Positions 47,343 through 57,300 of a DNA stretch of 64,000 bases are shown here, in pieces. The stretch is taken from positions 11,951-75,950 of the forward strand of contig DATEAH010000009.1 of NCBI GenBank assembly GCA_035288465.1, written 5' to 3'. The DNA is from Patescibacteria group bacterium. GTDB lineage: Bacteria; Patescibacteriota; UBA1384; DATEAH01. Position numbers and translations under genes: made by a program. How positions within the stretch are numbered: position 1 is the stretch's first letter; each line of letters opens with the position of its first letter. The notes below the pieces were generated by a model. It was given only the letters and a program-made list of their open reading frames with translations. It had not been told where the DNA came from and ran no database searches.

Positions 47343-48839
47343 ATGAATATTAAAATTGATGAAGTTCTCAAAATTTGTGCCAAATACCAAAGCAAGACAG
47401 ATTTAGAATTAATTAAAAAAGCTTATTTATTTAGTGACCACGCGCATTTTGGGCAAAAACGAAAAAGTGGGGAAGATTATATCCAACATCCTTTACAGCT
47501 GGCAAAAACCTTAGCCGAGCTTGGTTTGGATGCTCCCACAATCGAGGCTGGATTATTACATGATACTGTTGAAGATGCTGGAATAAATTTAACGCAGATT
47601 GAAAAAGAATTTGGCAAAGATGTGGCGGTTTTAGTGGCTGGCGTGACCCGGGTTTCAAAAGTAAGGTTAAAATCAGATTATGTCGAAAATAATTTAAATC
47701 CGCGTGAAAAAAGTCAACTTGAAAACTTACGCAAAATGTTTATCGCCATGTCCGAAGATTTACGTGTCATTTTTATCAAATTGGCAGATAGGCTCCATAA
47801 TATGCGAACTTTGTATGCCTTGCCAGCTTCAAAAGCCACCAGAATCGCCAGGGAAACTTTAGAAATATACGCGCCAATCGCCCATCGACTCGGAATTGGT
47901 GAAATTAAGGGCGAACTCGAAGATTTAGCCTTTCCTTATGTATATCCTGAAGATTATAAAACTGTTAAAAGTTTAGTCGGTGTCAGAAGGCTAGAAAATG
48001 AAATATATGTCGATCTCGTCATTTCTAAAATAAAATCAGAACTCAAAAAACGAGGCATTAAATTTACCAATATAAATGGGCGGGCAAAACACCTGTATAG
48101 CCTTTTTAAAAAACTTAAAAAACATAACCAAAATATGTCTAAAATTTATGATCTCATCGCGATTCGGATAATCTGTAAAACTGTTTCTGATTGTTACGAA
48201 ATTTTAGGCGAGATTCATCAATTTTTCAAACCCTTGCCAGGCTATATTAAAGATTACATTGCCATGCCAAAGCCCAACGGTTACCAAAGTTTGCATACGA
48301 CGGTTTTTGCGCTCAAGGGCCGAATTTGTGAAATTCAAATTAGAACCATTAATATGCACGATCATGCTGAAAAAGGCGTCGCCGCGCATTGGCATTATAC
48401 CAATAATACTGGCGAAAAAAACGAAATTGAAAAAAGGGGGATTTTTGCGCCGAAAAAAGAAATTGCTTGGATTGCTGATTTGGCGCGCTGGCAGGAAAAA
48501 TTAAATAATCCCCAAGAATTCAAAAAAGTCTTAAAAATGGATTTTTTCTCAGATCGAATTTTTGTCTTTACTCCTGAAGGCGATGTCAGAAATTTGCCCC
48601 AAAGCGCCACCCCGATCGATTTTGCCTATTCTGTGCACACGGAAATTGGTGGTACTTGTCGGGGTGCAAAAGTCAATGGGAAAATGGCTTCTCTGGATTA
48701 CAAATTAAAAAATGGTGATATGATTGAAATAATCACCGCTAAAAATTCAACTCCGAGGCCAGATTGGTTAAAATTAGTTAAAACTACGCAAGCTCGCTCA
48801 AAAATTCGAACTTATCTTAAGAACAAAGGCCTAATTTAA
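47343..48839 (+). CDS. RelA/SpoT family (p)ppGpp synthetase/hydrolase (HD + synthetase + TGS, no ACT domain)
   Basis: H.GQ.RKSG..YI.HP, LLHDTVED, IKLADRLHNMRT, YAPIAHRLG, PKPNGYQSLHT, EIQIRT, DFAYSVH. Confidence 0.95.
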   Translation: MNIKIDEVLKICAKYQSKTDLELIKKAYLFSDHAHFGQKRKSGEDYIQHPLQLAKTLAELGLDAPTIEAGLLHDTVEDAGINLTQIEKEFGKDVAVLVAGVTRVSKVRLKSDYVENNLNPREKSQLENLRKMFIAMSEDLRVIFIKLADRLHNMRTLYALPASKATRIARETLEIYAPIAHRLGIGEIKGELEDLAFPYVYPEDYKTVKSLVGVRRLENEIYVDLVISKIKSELKKRGIKFTNINGRAKHLYSLFKKLKKHNQNMSKIYDLIAIRIICKTVSDCYEILGEIHQFFKPLPGYIKDYIAMPKPNGYQSLHTTVFALKGRICEIQIRTINMHDHAEKGVAAHWHYTNNTGEKNEIEKRGIFAPKKEIAWIADLARWQEKLNNPQEFKKVLKMDFFSDRIFVFTPEGDVRNLPQSATPIDFAYSVHTEIGGTCRGAKVNGKMASLDYKLKNGDMIEIITAKNSTPRPDWLKLVKTTQARSKIRTYLKNKGLI

Positions 48840-48934
48840 AAATTTTAGACTTGATTTCAGATAAAAAAACGTTTAAAATAAGGCTAAATGAATTAAATTT
48901 TATTTATTTTAATTAATTAGGAAAGCGAGGCATT

Positions 48935-50236
48935 ATGCTCTTTCAAGCCCCCAGAGGCTGCAAAGACATTCTTCCTGATGATCAAAAGTACTATCAATTT
49001 ATTGAGCGAACTCTAGACAAGCAAGCAGAGATTAATGGCTATGAAAAAATTGAGACGCCGTTATTTGAATATGAATCGTTATACAAAAAAGGCACTGGCG
49101 AAGGCTCAGAGATTGTTCAAAAAGAAATGTATGAAGTCAAAAGGTTGATTAAAGATGAAAACGAAGATAAAGCCGAAAAAGAACGTTTAATTTTGCGACC
49201 TGAATATACACCAGGAGTAATTAGGGCTTTTATTGAGCATGGCATGAAAAACTTACCACAGCCTGTTCAATTATATTATTTTGGACCGGTTTTTAGGTAC
49301 AATCGGCCTCAAAAAGGGCGACTCAGGCAATTTTATCAATTTGGTTTTGAACAAATTGGTGCGGCCGATCCAGCTACTGATGCGCGCATGATTTCTTTAA
49401 TGCACTCATTGGCAAAAGCTTTACGCTTAGAAGAAGTGGTCATTTTAATCAATAGTATTGGTTGCAGTACTTGTCGGCCGAATTTGAAAGATTATTTAAA
49501 AGATTTTTTCAGCAAGAAAAAAGCCGCTCTCTGCGAAGATTGCAAGTCTCGGCTTGAACAAAATCCTTTTCGAATTTTAGACTGTAAAAATGAAACCTGC
49601 CAAAAAATTGGCAAAACTACCCCACCGATTATTGACCATCTTTGTGAAGCCTGCAAAGATCATTTTAAACAAGTTTTAGAATTTTTAGATGAATCTGAAA
49701 TCCCTTATGATTTGGAACCGACCTTAGTTCGAGGTTTGGATTATTATGCTCGGACAGTTTTTGAAATGGTGATGAAATCAGACAATAAGCGACAAAATTC
49801 CTTGGCTGGTGGGGGAAGATATGACGATTTAATCCAAATCTATGGCGAAAGACCCACTCCTGCGATTGGGGTGGCTTTTGGTGTCGAAAGAATCATTGAA
49901 TTATTAAAAGAACGCCATATTAAGCTCGAAGAAGCCGAAAAGCCCCAAATTTTTATTGCTCAATTAGGCGAAAAAGCCAAGAAAAAAGCGATCGCAATTT
50001 TGGAAATTTTACAGCATGAAAATATAATCGCTCGTGCCGCTTTGTCAAAAAATACTCTCAAATCTCAGCTCAGAGTCGCGGATCAACTTGAAGTGCCTAT
50101 TACTGTCATTATTGGTCAGCGTGAAGTGATGGATGGCACCGCCATTATTCGCGACATGCGCGAAGGTGTTCAAGAAATTGTCGAACAAGAAGAGATTTTA
50201 GATCGTCTCAAGCGTAAATTAGAACTAAAAAAATAA
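48935..50236 (+). CDS. hisS: Histidine--tRNA ligase
   Basis: LRPEYT, FRYNRPQKGRLRQFYQ, LVRGLDYY, GGGRYD, GVERI. Confidence 0.97.
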   Translation: MLFQAPRGCKDILPDDQKYYQFIERTLDKQAEINGYEKIETPLFEYESLYKKGTGEGSEIVQKEMYEVKRLIKDENEDKAEKERLILRPEYTPGVIRAFIEHGMKNLPQPVQLYYFGPVFRYNRPQKGRLRQFYQFGFEQIGAADPATDARMISLMHSLAKALRLEEVVILINSIGCSTCRPNLKDYLKDFFSKKKAALCEDCKSRLEQNPFRILDCKNETCQKIGKTTPPIIDHLCEACKDHFKQVLEFLDESEIPYDLEPTLVRGLDYYARTVFEMVMKSDNKRQNSLAGGGRYDDLIQIYGERPTPAIGVAFGVERIIELLKERHIKLEEAEKPQIFIAQLGEKAKKKAIAILEILQHENIIARAALSKNTLKSQLRVADQLEVPITVIIGQREVMDGTAIIRDMREGVQEIVEQEEILDRLKRKLELKK

Positions 50237-50251
50237 TATTCTGGAGGGAAA

Positions 50252-51133
50252 TTGTCCTCAAAAGTCGGCATTTCAAGAGGCTCAAATCGTCAGGACAATA
50301 TTCTGGCGGCCTTAAAGCCTTTGGCTGATGATTTGCGCGAAAAAATCGCTCGCAAAAGACGAGTTGTCATAAAGCCTAATTTAGGTTTTATTAAACATAA
50401 TTTAGCTAACACACAAGCGGAAGCCGTGGAAGCTGTTTTAATGTTTTTACGCCAGTTTTATTCTAAAAAAATCATAATTGCGGAAAGTACTACCGTGGGA
50501 GAAACCGATCGAGCCTATTTTGAATATGATTATGAAGATTTAGCCGACAAATACAATGTGGAACTCCGCGATTTAAATGATGATGATTTTGTCGATTTTA
50601 AAATTTATGATGGCAGATTATCGCCAAAATCAGAAATTGGTTTGGCTAAAACCTTAGCAAAATCAGATTTTATTATTTCTGTATGCCCGATGAAAACACA
50701 CGATTCGGTGATTGTCACTTTGGGAATTAAAAATGTCGCGGTTGGTGCGATTAGGCGAAAAGATCGGTCTAAATTGCATGCCGGTCCCAAAGCGATTAAT
50801 TTATCAATCGCTAAAATTGCCAAAAAAGTTTGGCCAAGCCTATCTGTTTTAGATGGTTTTTGGGGAATGGAGGGGAATGGGCCAGTTGAGGGCGAAAAAG
50901 TTGAATTTAAAACCGCCATAGCAAGTCTTGATGCCATGGCCGCTGATGTGATGGGCACGATTTTAATGGGTTATAATCCGCAAGAAATTGGTTATTTATC
51001 AGAATTAGCAAATCAAAAAATGGGCACTGCTGACCCATTAAAAATGATTATAATGGGGGGAAATTGGCGAACGATGGTGAGAAAATTTAAACCCCACGAA
51101 TCATATCAGCAACAACTCAAGTGGCAAACTTAA
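50252..51133 (+). CDS. DUF362 family protein
   Basis: VVIKPN, IIAES, MKTHD...TLGIKN, LDG..GMEGNGP..G, D.MA.D. Confidence 0.85.
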   Translation: MSSKVGISRGSNRQDNILAALKPLADDLREKIARKRRVVIKPNLGFIKHNLANTQAEAVEAVLMFLRQFYSKKIIIAESTTVGETDRAYFEYDYEDLADKYNVELRDLNDDDFVDFKIYDGRLSPKSEIGLAKTLAKSDFIISVCPMKTHDSVIVTLGIKNVAVGAIRRKDRSKLHAGPKAINLSIAKIAKKVWPSLSVLDGFWGMEGNGPVEGEKVEFKTAIASLDAMAADVMGTILMGYNPQEIGYLSELANQKMGTADPLKMIIMGGNWRTMVRKFKPHESYQQQLKWQT

Positions 51134-52137
51134 CACGTTTTATTAAGTTCTAAATAGGCGAGCGTCCAATACGAAGAAATAAAAGCATTTGTAGGACCTG
51201 AAATCACGGCCATCACTAACAGTAAGAGCACAAAAGCACAAATTGCGTAGATGATAGTTGCGGTAGTGCCAAAAATAAAATATAACGCCACCCCAATCCC
51301 GGCAAATAATCCGCCAATTATCAAAAAGCAAATTCCAATTATTATCCCCACAATTAAGCCCAAGATAACAGAAATTAGCCAAATTAGGCTAGTTTCTTTT
51401 AGTTTAACCCGAATTGCTCCAAAAGCTTTACCAAGCGCCTCGGAAGCTGATATTTTATCAATCACGATCATTCGTAGGCCGTATTGTCGAATAATATCCA
51501 AAATAATCATCGCTAAAATCATTGGCAAAATGACAATTACCATCCAAATAATACCAATCGCATAAATATTTACTATAAACGAGAAAATTACCGGTAAACC
51601 TACCAAAAAAATTAAAGCCAGCCCCATTAAAGCTAAAAATAAATCTAAAAATATTACTTGCCAAAAAACATGGTAACCTTTTTTTATGCAACTCGCAAAA
51701 TCACTTTTGTGGTCGTGCTCTATTTCTTTTACGCCCCAAACCAAACCAGCCTGAGCCACGCGCGAAATGACTATAACCGCGATCGTAATTAAAATAATTA
51801 TTGCCAAAATAATAATAATCGTTAACCAATGCGCTTCAAGCCAATTGCTGATCCCTGTTAAGGTATCAGTATTATTTAGGCTAATTTTATTGCCTAAAAC
51901 ACGCTCTTTTATGTTTTGCGCCGTGGTAGTGGGATATGTGGGCGCGGTATTGCCATTGTTTTCCCAGATTTTTTTAAATTCATTATAATCTGCAGAGCTA
52001 AAATTACCGAAATTAAAATTCGAGCCAGATTGAGTCAAAGCCGCCAAAATTCCCAAGATCCACAAAAATTTGTTTTTGGTAGTAATTAGAAATGCTTTTT
52101 TAACAATTCCAAAATAGTTCAAAATAATTCCTTTCAA
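51130..52137 (-). CDS. Multi-pass membrane protein of unknown function
   Basis: KAF..T.KNKFLWILG N-terminus, several TM helices, WTLAY.EL C-terminus. Confidence 0.75.
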   Translation of the reverse strand: MKGIILNYFGIVKKAFLITTKNKFLWILGILAALTQSGSNFNFGNFSSADYNEFKKIWENNGNTAPTYPTTTAQNIKERVLGNKISLNNTDTLTGISNWLEAHWLTIIIILAIIILITIAVIVISRVAQAGLVWGVKEIEHDHKSDFASCIKKGYHVFWQVIFLDLFLALMGLALIFLVGLPVIFSFIVNIYAIGIIWMVIVILPMILAMIILDIIRQYGLRMIVIDKISASEALGKAFGAIRVKLKETSLIWLISVILGLIVGIIIGICFLIIGGLFAGIGVALYFIFGTTATIIYAICAFVLLLLVMAVISGPTNAFISSYWTLAYLELNKTC

Positions 52138-52203
52138 CTATATTATAACAGATTTGTCAAATTATTATAATTTAAAACAATGATTGTTCAAAAAAGTCAA
52201 TTC

Positions 52204-52334
52204 TTGACAAGATTTGTCATAGGATTATACTAAAAATAGATGTATAACATTGTGTATAACTTTTAATTTTGATAATTTAGTCGGCGAGTTTAAGGTTGCC
52301 CCTCCTTCTTAAACTCGCCCATAGAATTATCAAA
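52204..52334 (+). promoter_or_regulatory. lexA promoter, candidate operators and leader hairpin
   Basis: TTGACA-N16-TATACT; TGACAA-N3-TTGTCA palindrome; TGTATAAC x2; long hairpin 52268-52334. Confidence 0.55.
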
Positions 52335-52341
52335 GTAAATC

Positions 52342-52466
52342 AAATCCGAAGCACTAAATCCGAAACAATTTCTAAATCACAAAATCGCAAATCATAAACG
52401 AGTTTAGAATTTGAAAAATTAGAATTTAAAATTTGTTTAGAAATTAGATATTAGAAATTATGATTT
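52342..52466. repeat. Heptamer-based imperfect palindrome, family B copy 4
   Basis: AAATCCG-AAGCACT-AAATCCG-AAACAA ... TTGTTTAGAAATTAGATATTAGAAATTATGATTT, before the lexA RBS. Confidence 0.85.
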
Positions 52467-52497
52467 CTCCGTCAAAAGAGGGCAAAGGAGGTTTAAA

Positions 52498-53118
52498 ATG
52501 CCCAAAACCATTACTAAAAATCAAAAGAAAATTTTAGAACTAATTCGTTTGGCCCTCGAAGAGTATGGTGAAGCGCCGACCATCCGAGAATTAATGATGG
52601 AAATTGGCGCCAAATCGCCCAGAACCATTTCTCATCACATTGAGCAATTGGAAAAATCAGGTCTGATCAAAAGAACTGGCGAAGCGAAAAGAAATATTAT
52701 TCTCACCAAAAATGATCCCAAAAATCCTTTTCGAGATTTAGTGCGAGTGCCCTTGGTTGGTTGGACTGCTGGTGGGGAAGCGATTTTTTCTGAAGAAAAT
52801 ATTTTAGATTGGATTTCGATTTCCACGAGATTTTTTAAAGCCCCCTCAAACGATGTTTTTCTGCTCAAAGTACGAGGCAATTCAATGAGCCCAAAAATTG
52901 ATGATGGCGATATTGTGATTGTTAAAAAACAATATACCGCTGAGCCAGGTCAAACCATTGTCGCTCTTTTAGGTGCGGAAACGACCGTCAAAAAGTATTT
53001 ACCCCGCGAAGACCATATTGTTTTACAGCCAATCAATGAAAATTTTGAGCCAATTGTAGTTTTCCCCGATGAACTCAGAATTCAAGGCGTAATCCAAGGC
53101 GTGCTTAAATATTGTTGA
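52498..53118 (+). CDS. lexA: LexA repressor
   Basis: wHTH (PTIREL...HI..LEKSG), VPLVG..AG cleavage site, GNSM Ser, TVKK Lys. Confidence 0.95.
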   Translation: MPKTITKNQKKILELIRLALEEYGEAPTIRELMMEIGAKSPRTISHHIEQLEKSGLIKRTGEAKRNIILTKNDPKNPFRDLVRVPLVGWTAGGEAIFSEENILDWISISTRFFKAPSNDVFLLKVRGNSMSPKIDDGDIVIVKKQYTAEPGQTIVALLGAETTVKKYLPREDHIVLQPINENFEPIVVFPDELRIQGVIQGVLKYC

Positions 53119-53176
53119 AAACTATGCTTGCAAACTTTATTAAATTATATATTATAATAGGTATAGGGACTAATAA

Positions 53177-53407
53177 TTGATTCGAAGTATAAAGGTATTA
53201 ATGATTGTTATTATTAGGATCATCATTGTCAGTGCTGTAATCTTTGCTGTTTTGGGTTTTTTATTCTCCATTTTTCAGTGGCTACCTCATTTTCCAGGAG
53301 ATACCTTTTATACTCGTGAAAATTTTACCTTTTATTTTCCGGTTATTACCTGCGCGGTTATATCAATTTGCGCCGCCGCCATTTTGTGGTTAACCAAAAA
53401 AATATAA
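53177..53407 (+). CDS. DUF2905-like small membrane protein
   Basis: PGD...RENFTFYFPVITC.VIS pattern. Confidence 0.75.
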   Translation: MIRSIKVLMIVIIRIIIVSAVIFAVLGFLFSIFQWLPHFPGDTFYTRENFTFYFPVITCAVISICAAAILWLTKKI

Positions 53408-53420
53408 ATTTGAGGTCATT

Positions 53421-54065
53421 GTGTTTCCATTATCATTTATCCTGCTATTAATCCTCGCTATCCCGTTCCTTTTTTTGGTGTTAAATTATCATATTTCTGA
53501 ATTAGCTTTTGTCAAATTGGGAATTCCCGCCAATCTTATTTTTGCCGTTTTTATCCTTTCATTACTGGGCGGTTTAATTAATATTCCGATTTCAAAACGA
53601 AAAATTACCCAAAAAGATGAATTACCACCCTTAATGTCAATGTTTTTTTATTATCCACCACGAATGAGAGAGCAAATCATTGCCATAAATGTCGGCGGCG
53701 CCATTGTCCCGATTTTAATTTCAATTTATTTATTCAAATTTGCCCCAATTGTGCCAGTCATAATTGCCACCACTATTATTACGATTTTAACCAAATTTTT
53801 AGCCAGGCCAGTTCCAGGAATTGGGATCGCCATGCCCGCGTTTATCCCGCCGATTGTGGCAGCGGTTTTAGCGATGTTGCTCGCCCATAATCAAAATCCG
53901 GCCGCCGTGGCCTATATCTCTGGAGTGATCGGAACCTTGGTGGGTGCAGATTTGCTAAACTTAAATAAAATTAGCAAAATGGGCGGCTATGTCCTTTCCA
54001 TTGGTGGCGCCGGTGTTTTTGATGGAATTTTCTTAATTGGCGTTATCGCCGCATTATTAGCTTAA
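53421..54065 (+). CDS. DUF1614-like membrane protein
   Basis: INIP, IAINVGGAIVP, RPVPGIGI, GTLVGADLLNL, SIGGAGVFDGIFL. Confidence 0.85.
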   Translation: MFPLSFILLLILAIPFLFLVLNYHISELAFVKLGIPANLIFAVFILSLLGGLINIPISKRKITQKDELPPLMSMFFYYPPRMREQIIAINVGGAIVPILISIYLFKFAPIVPVIIATTIITILTKFLARPVPGIGIAMPAFIPPIVAAVLAMLLAHNQNPAAVAYISGVIGTLVGADLLNLNKISKMGGYVLSIGGAGVFDGIFLIGVIAALLA

Positions 54066-54089
54066 ATTAATAATTATATAAGGAGGTAG

Positions 54090-54251
54090 ATGAAAAAGAA
54101 ACAAATTGCGGGAGTTTTGGTTGTTTTGTCTGGATTAGCCATCATTTTAGCTTTCATTGGTTCACTAAATTATGATTTATGGTTAGCTTCAACTCAATGG
54201 TTGCTGATTGGTATTGCCTTGGCTGCTTACGGTATTTACGCCAAGTTATAA
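54090..54251 (+). CDS. Small two-TM membrane protein (53 aa, below ORF-track cutoff)
   Basis: AAGGAGGT RBS; MKKKQIAGVLVVLSGLAIILAFIG...WLLIGIALAAYGIYAKL*. Confidence 0.75.
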   Translation: MKKKQIAGVLVVLSGLAIILAFIGSLNYDLWLASTQWLLIGIALAAYGIYAKL

Positions 54252-54328
54252 AGGCTGAGTTTATAATGTAGAATTTATCTGCTGAATTCCAATTATTTCA
54301 TGAATTAAAAAGAGAGGGAGGGGTTATA

Positions 54329-57300
54329 ATGCCCTTTGAGATTCAACCAAGTTTTATCTTGATAATTTTGGCATTTTTAGGTATTTTTGTTTTTTGGTAT
54401 CCAAAAACAAGAGTTCTAATTATAAAATATTCTAAATTATTTTGGAAAATTATCTTAATTTGTCTAAATAATCTTTCAAAATTGTATAAAATAATAAGTA
54501 TTTATTGGGAAAAATACATTTTTGTCTATTTCCGAACACGAGAAAAAGAGCAAATCCGTGGACTGACAAAAATTGCAATTATTCTCATTATTTTTTCCTT
54601 TATTCTCAATTCATTTGGCCTTGAACCCGACAGTCCCCAAAAAGCAGTCGCCGGCTATCAATGGACGCCTTCGGGGGGAAGTGTTATTACCGGGAGTGAA
54701 TATAATACCCAAGATGCAATTGCCAACACGCCTTCATATCGGGCATTAATGTCTAGCGATGATGTCCGCTGGCTGACAAAATATGATCCTGCCGCAGGTT
54801 TAGATAAACGGACCTATATTGATGGGGTTCAGCTTCAGGGCGCTAACAAAATGTTTATCACTTATGAAGGTTACGCCAGTGATGCCGCCGGAAATTATAC
54901 GGTTGAGATTTATGATAACACTGATTTTGTTTGGCGGACTTTAAATTGGCGCGGCACTGCTTTTACTAATACCAGTGACTCAACTTATACTTTTGAAATC
55001 TATAATGGTTTTTGGCAATCAGGCGGAAATCCGGTTAATACGCCCTTGTCTCGTTTTGTGACCGGAGATGCCAATAAGAGAGTCTCTATTCGAGTTTATT
55101 CGGCCGTAACTGGCGGCAGAATTCATTATTGGGACCGGCTGCAAGTTGAAGTTGGCATTGATCCGGTTTATTACACAAACTCTTTAACTAAATTAAATGG
55201 CTGGACAGGGGCAATTACCAATGATTATACCTGGACTAATTATGCCGATGACCAAAGAATGGTTGCCGCAAATCAAGCCGGAACGCCTTTGGATTTTTAT
55301 CTTTCATACACCGGAATCCAAACATACCCTAGCGCTAATACTATCTTTGTTGATTTTCAAGGCTCAGTTTCAAACGCGGCCCTAACTTATCAGCTTCAAA
55401 TTTATAATTTTACCGGTTTAAGCTGGGAAAATTTAAACACCACCCTGCTTGCCAATACTACTGAAACAAGTTATTATTTTGCTAAAAATAATGTCACACT
55501 TGCAGATTATATTTCTGCTAATGAAGCCAGAATTAGGATTTATACCGCTACTGGCAATACCTACACCTTAAGCGCAGACCGGGTTTATATCACTGTCGGC
55601 TCAACTAATACTGACCAAGGTTTGTGTCAGGTTTCTTTTGGCACAGAAGCTGGCGGGACAAATTGTTCAAATACTCGAACGATTGATACTTCAAGCGCCG
55701 AGAGTACTTGGCAGCAGACCACAGCGACTACCGCCGCCGCTGGTTATTACCCGGGAGATTACGCTGGAACCTGGGGAACTAATTATTCGGCGTCTGCTAA
55801 TCTTTCGGTGCCAATTACCATTCCAGACAGTACCGCGGTGACTGGGATTAAATACACGGCTAGATTTCGTTCAAATGTGACCACCAACACGATGATGCCA
55901 AGCCTAAAAGATATGTCTGGGATTAATACCTCTGTGGTCGGGACAGGCTATGCCGCACCCGGGGGTTGGGTTGATGTTTCAGCTTCAAATGCATTAACGA
56001 CTTATTCCACTTTAGAACCAGCCGCTTATACTCTTTCAACTTCATCAGAAGATTTTATTAATACTGAAAGCGATCTTGCGAATATACGCATGCGAACCTC
56101 AGCCAGCACTGCTACCGGAAGCGTAACGAGGGACTGGGATTTTGCTTTAATTGCGATTCGATGGCTTGCTGATGACACTGTCGCGGCCGATAATCCCCAA
56201 TATGTAGCCACATCTGGGTCTCTCCAAACCGGGACAGCGGTTGCAGTTGGCGCGACAAATACCGCATCATATTCCGGCACATTAAATTCTGAAAATTATT
56301 ACTGGCAAAACCAAAATTCAGCTTCTGGTTTGGATGTTCGGGTCAACATCGATGGTGTTAAACTCAACAATGCCAACAAAATGATTATTACTTATGAAGG
56401 CATGGTTTCAAACGCGGCTTTAGTATATTATGTGCAAATCTATGATAATACCAACTCTTTATGGCGAACCTTAAATGACCGAGGAGCAGCCCTCACCAGT
56501 ATTACGGAATCAAGCTATTATTTCTCGATCTTTAATGGTTTCTGGGGAGCAGACACTCCCTTATCAAACTTTATCACCAGTGATGCCAACAAACGGGTTC
56601 AACTAAGAATCTATTCTGAATATAAGGGTACTGCCTATACTCAATCTATAGACCGACTTCAACTTGAAGTAGCCACTGACCCAATTTACTGGGCTAAAGA
56701 CCAGACAGTTTTAGCGGGTGGAGATGGGGCAGTGACTAGTACCGGAACTAATGCCAGAGCCTTTGATATTACTAAAGATTCCTCTTATACGTATGCAGTA
56801 GGATATTGCGGAAATGATTGGTGCATAGAAAAAAGAAGAATTTCTGACGGAAGTTTAGTCAATGATTTTGGCAATAATGGTTTGGTTATTGGTACAATAT
56901 CGAGCAATAATGCGACTGCGCTTGCGATTGACGCAACTTATATGTATATTGTCGGGAATACTGGTGGATTTCCAAGTAATTTTTATTACGAAAAAAGAAA
57001 CCTTATTGATGGTAATCTAGATTTAGGTTTTGGGACTAACGGTGTTATTACCGGTGATCCCGATAGTAATATGGCTACAAGTATTGTCATTGATAATAGT
57101 AATATGTATGTGATTGGATACGACGATTCAAATAATTTACGCATTGAAAAAAGATCATTAACTAATGGCACATTAGATGCAGGTTTTGGTACCAATGGTG
57201 TGATCACTGGCGATCCATCAAGCAATATCGCTGAAGATATAGCCATAGATAATGAGTTTATGTATGTGGTAGGAGCTGATGACACTCCGGACTGGCGAAT

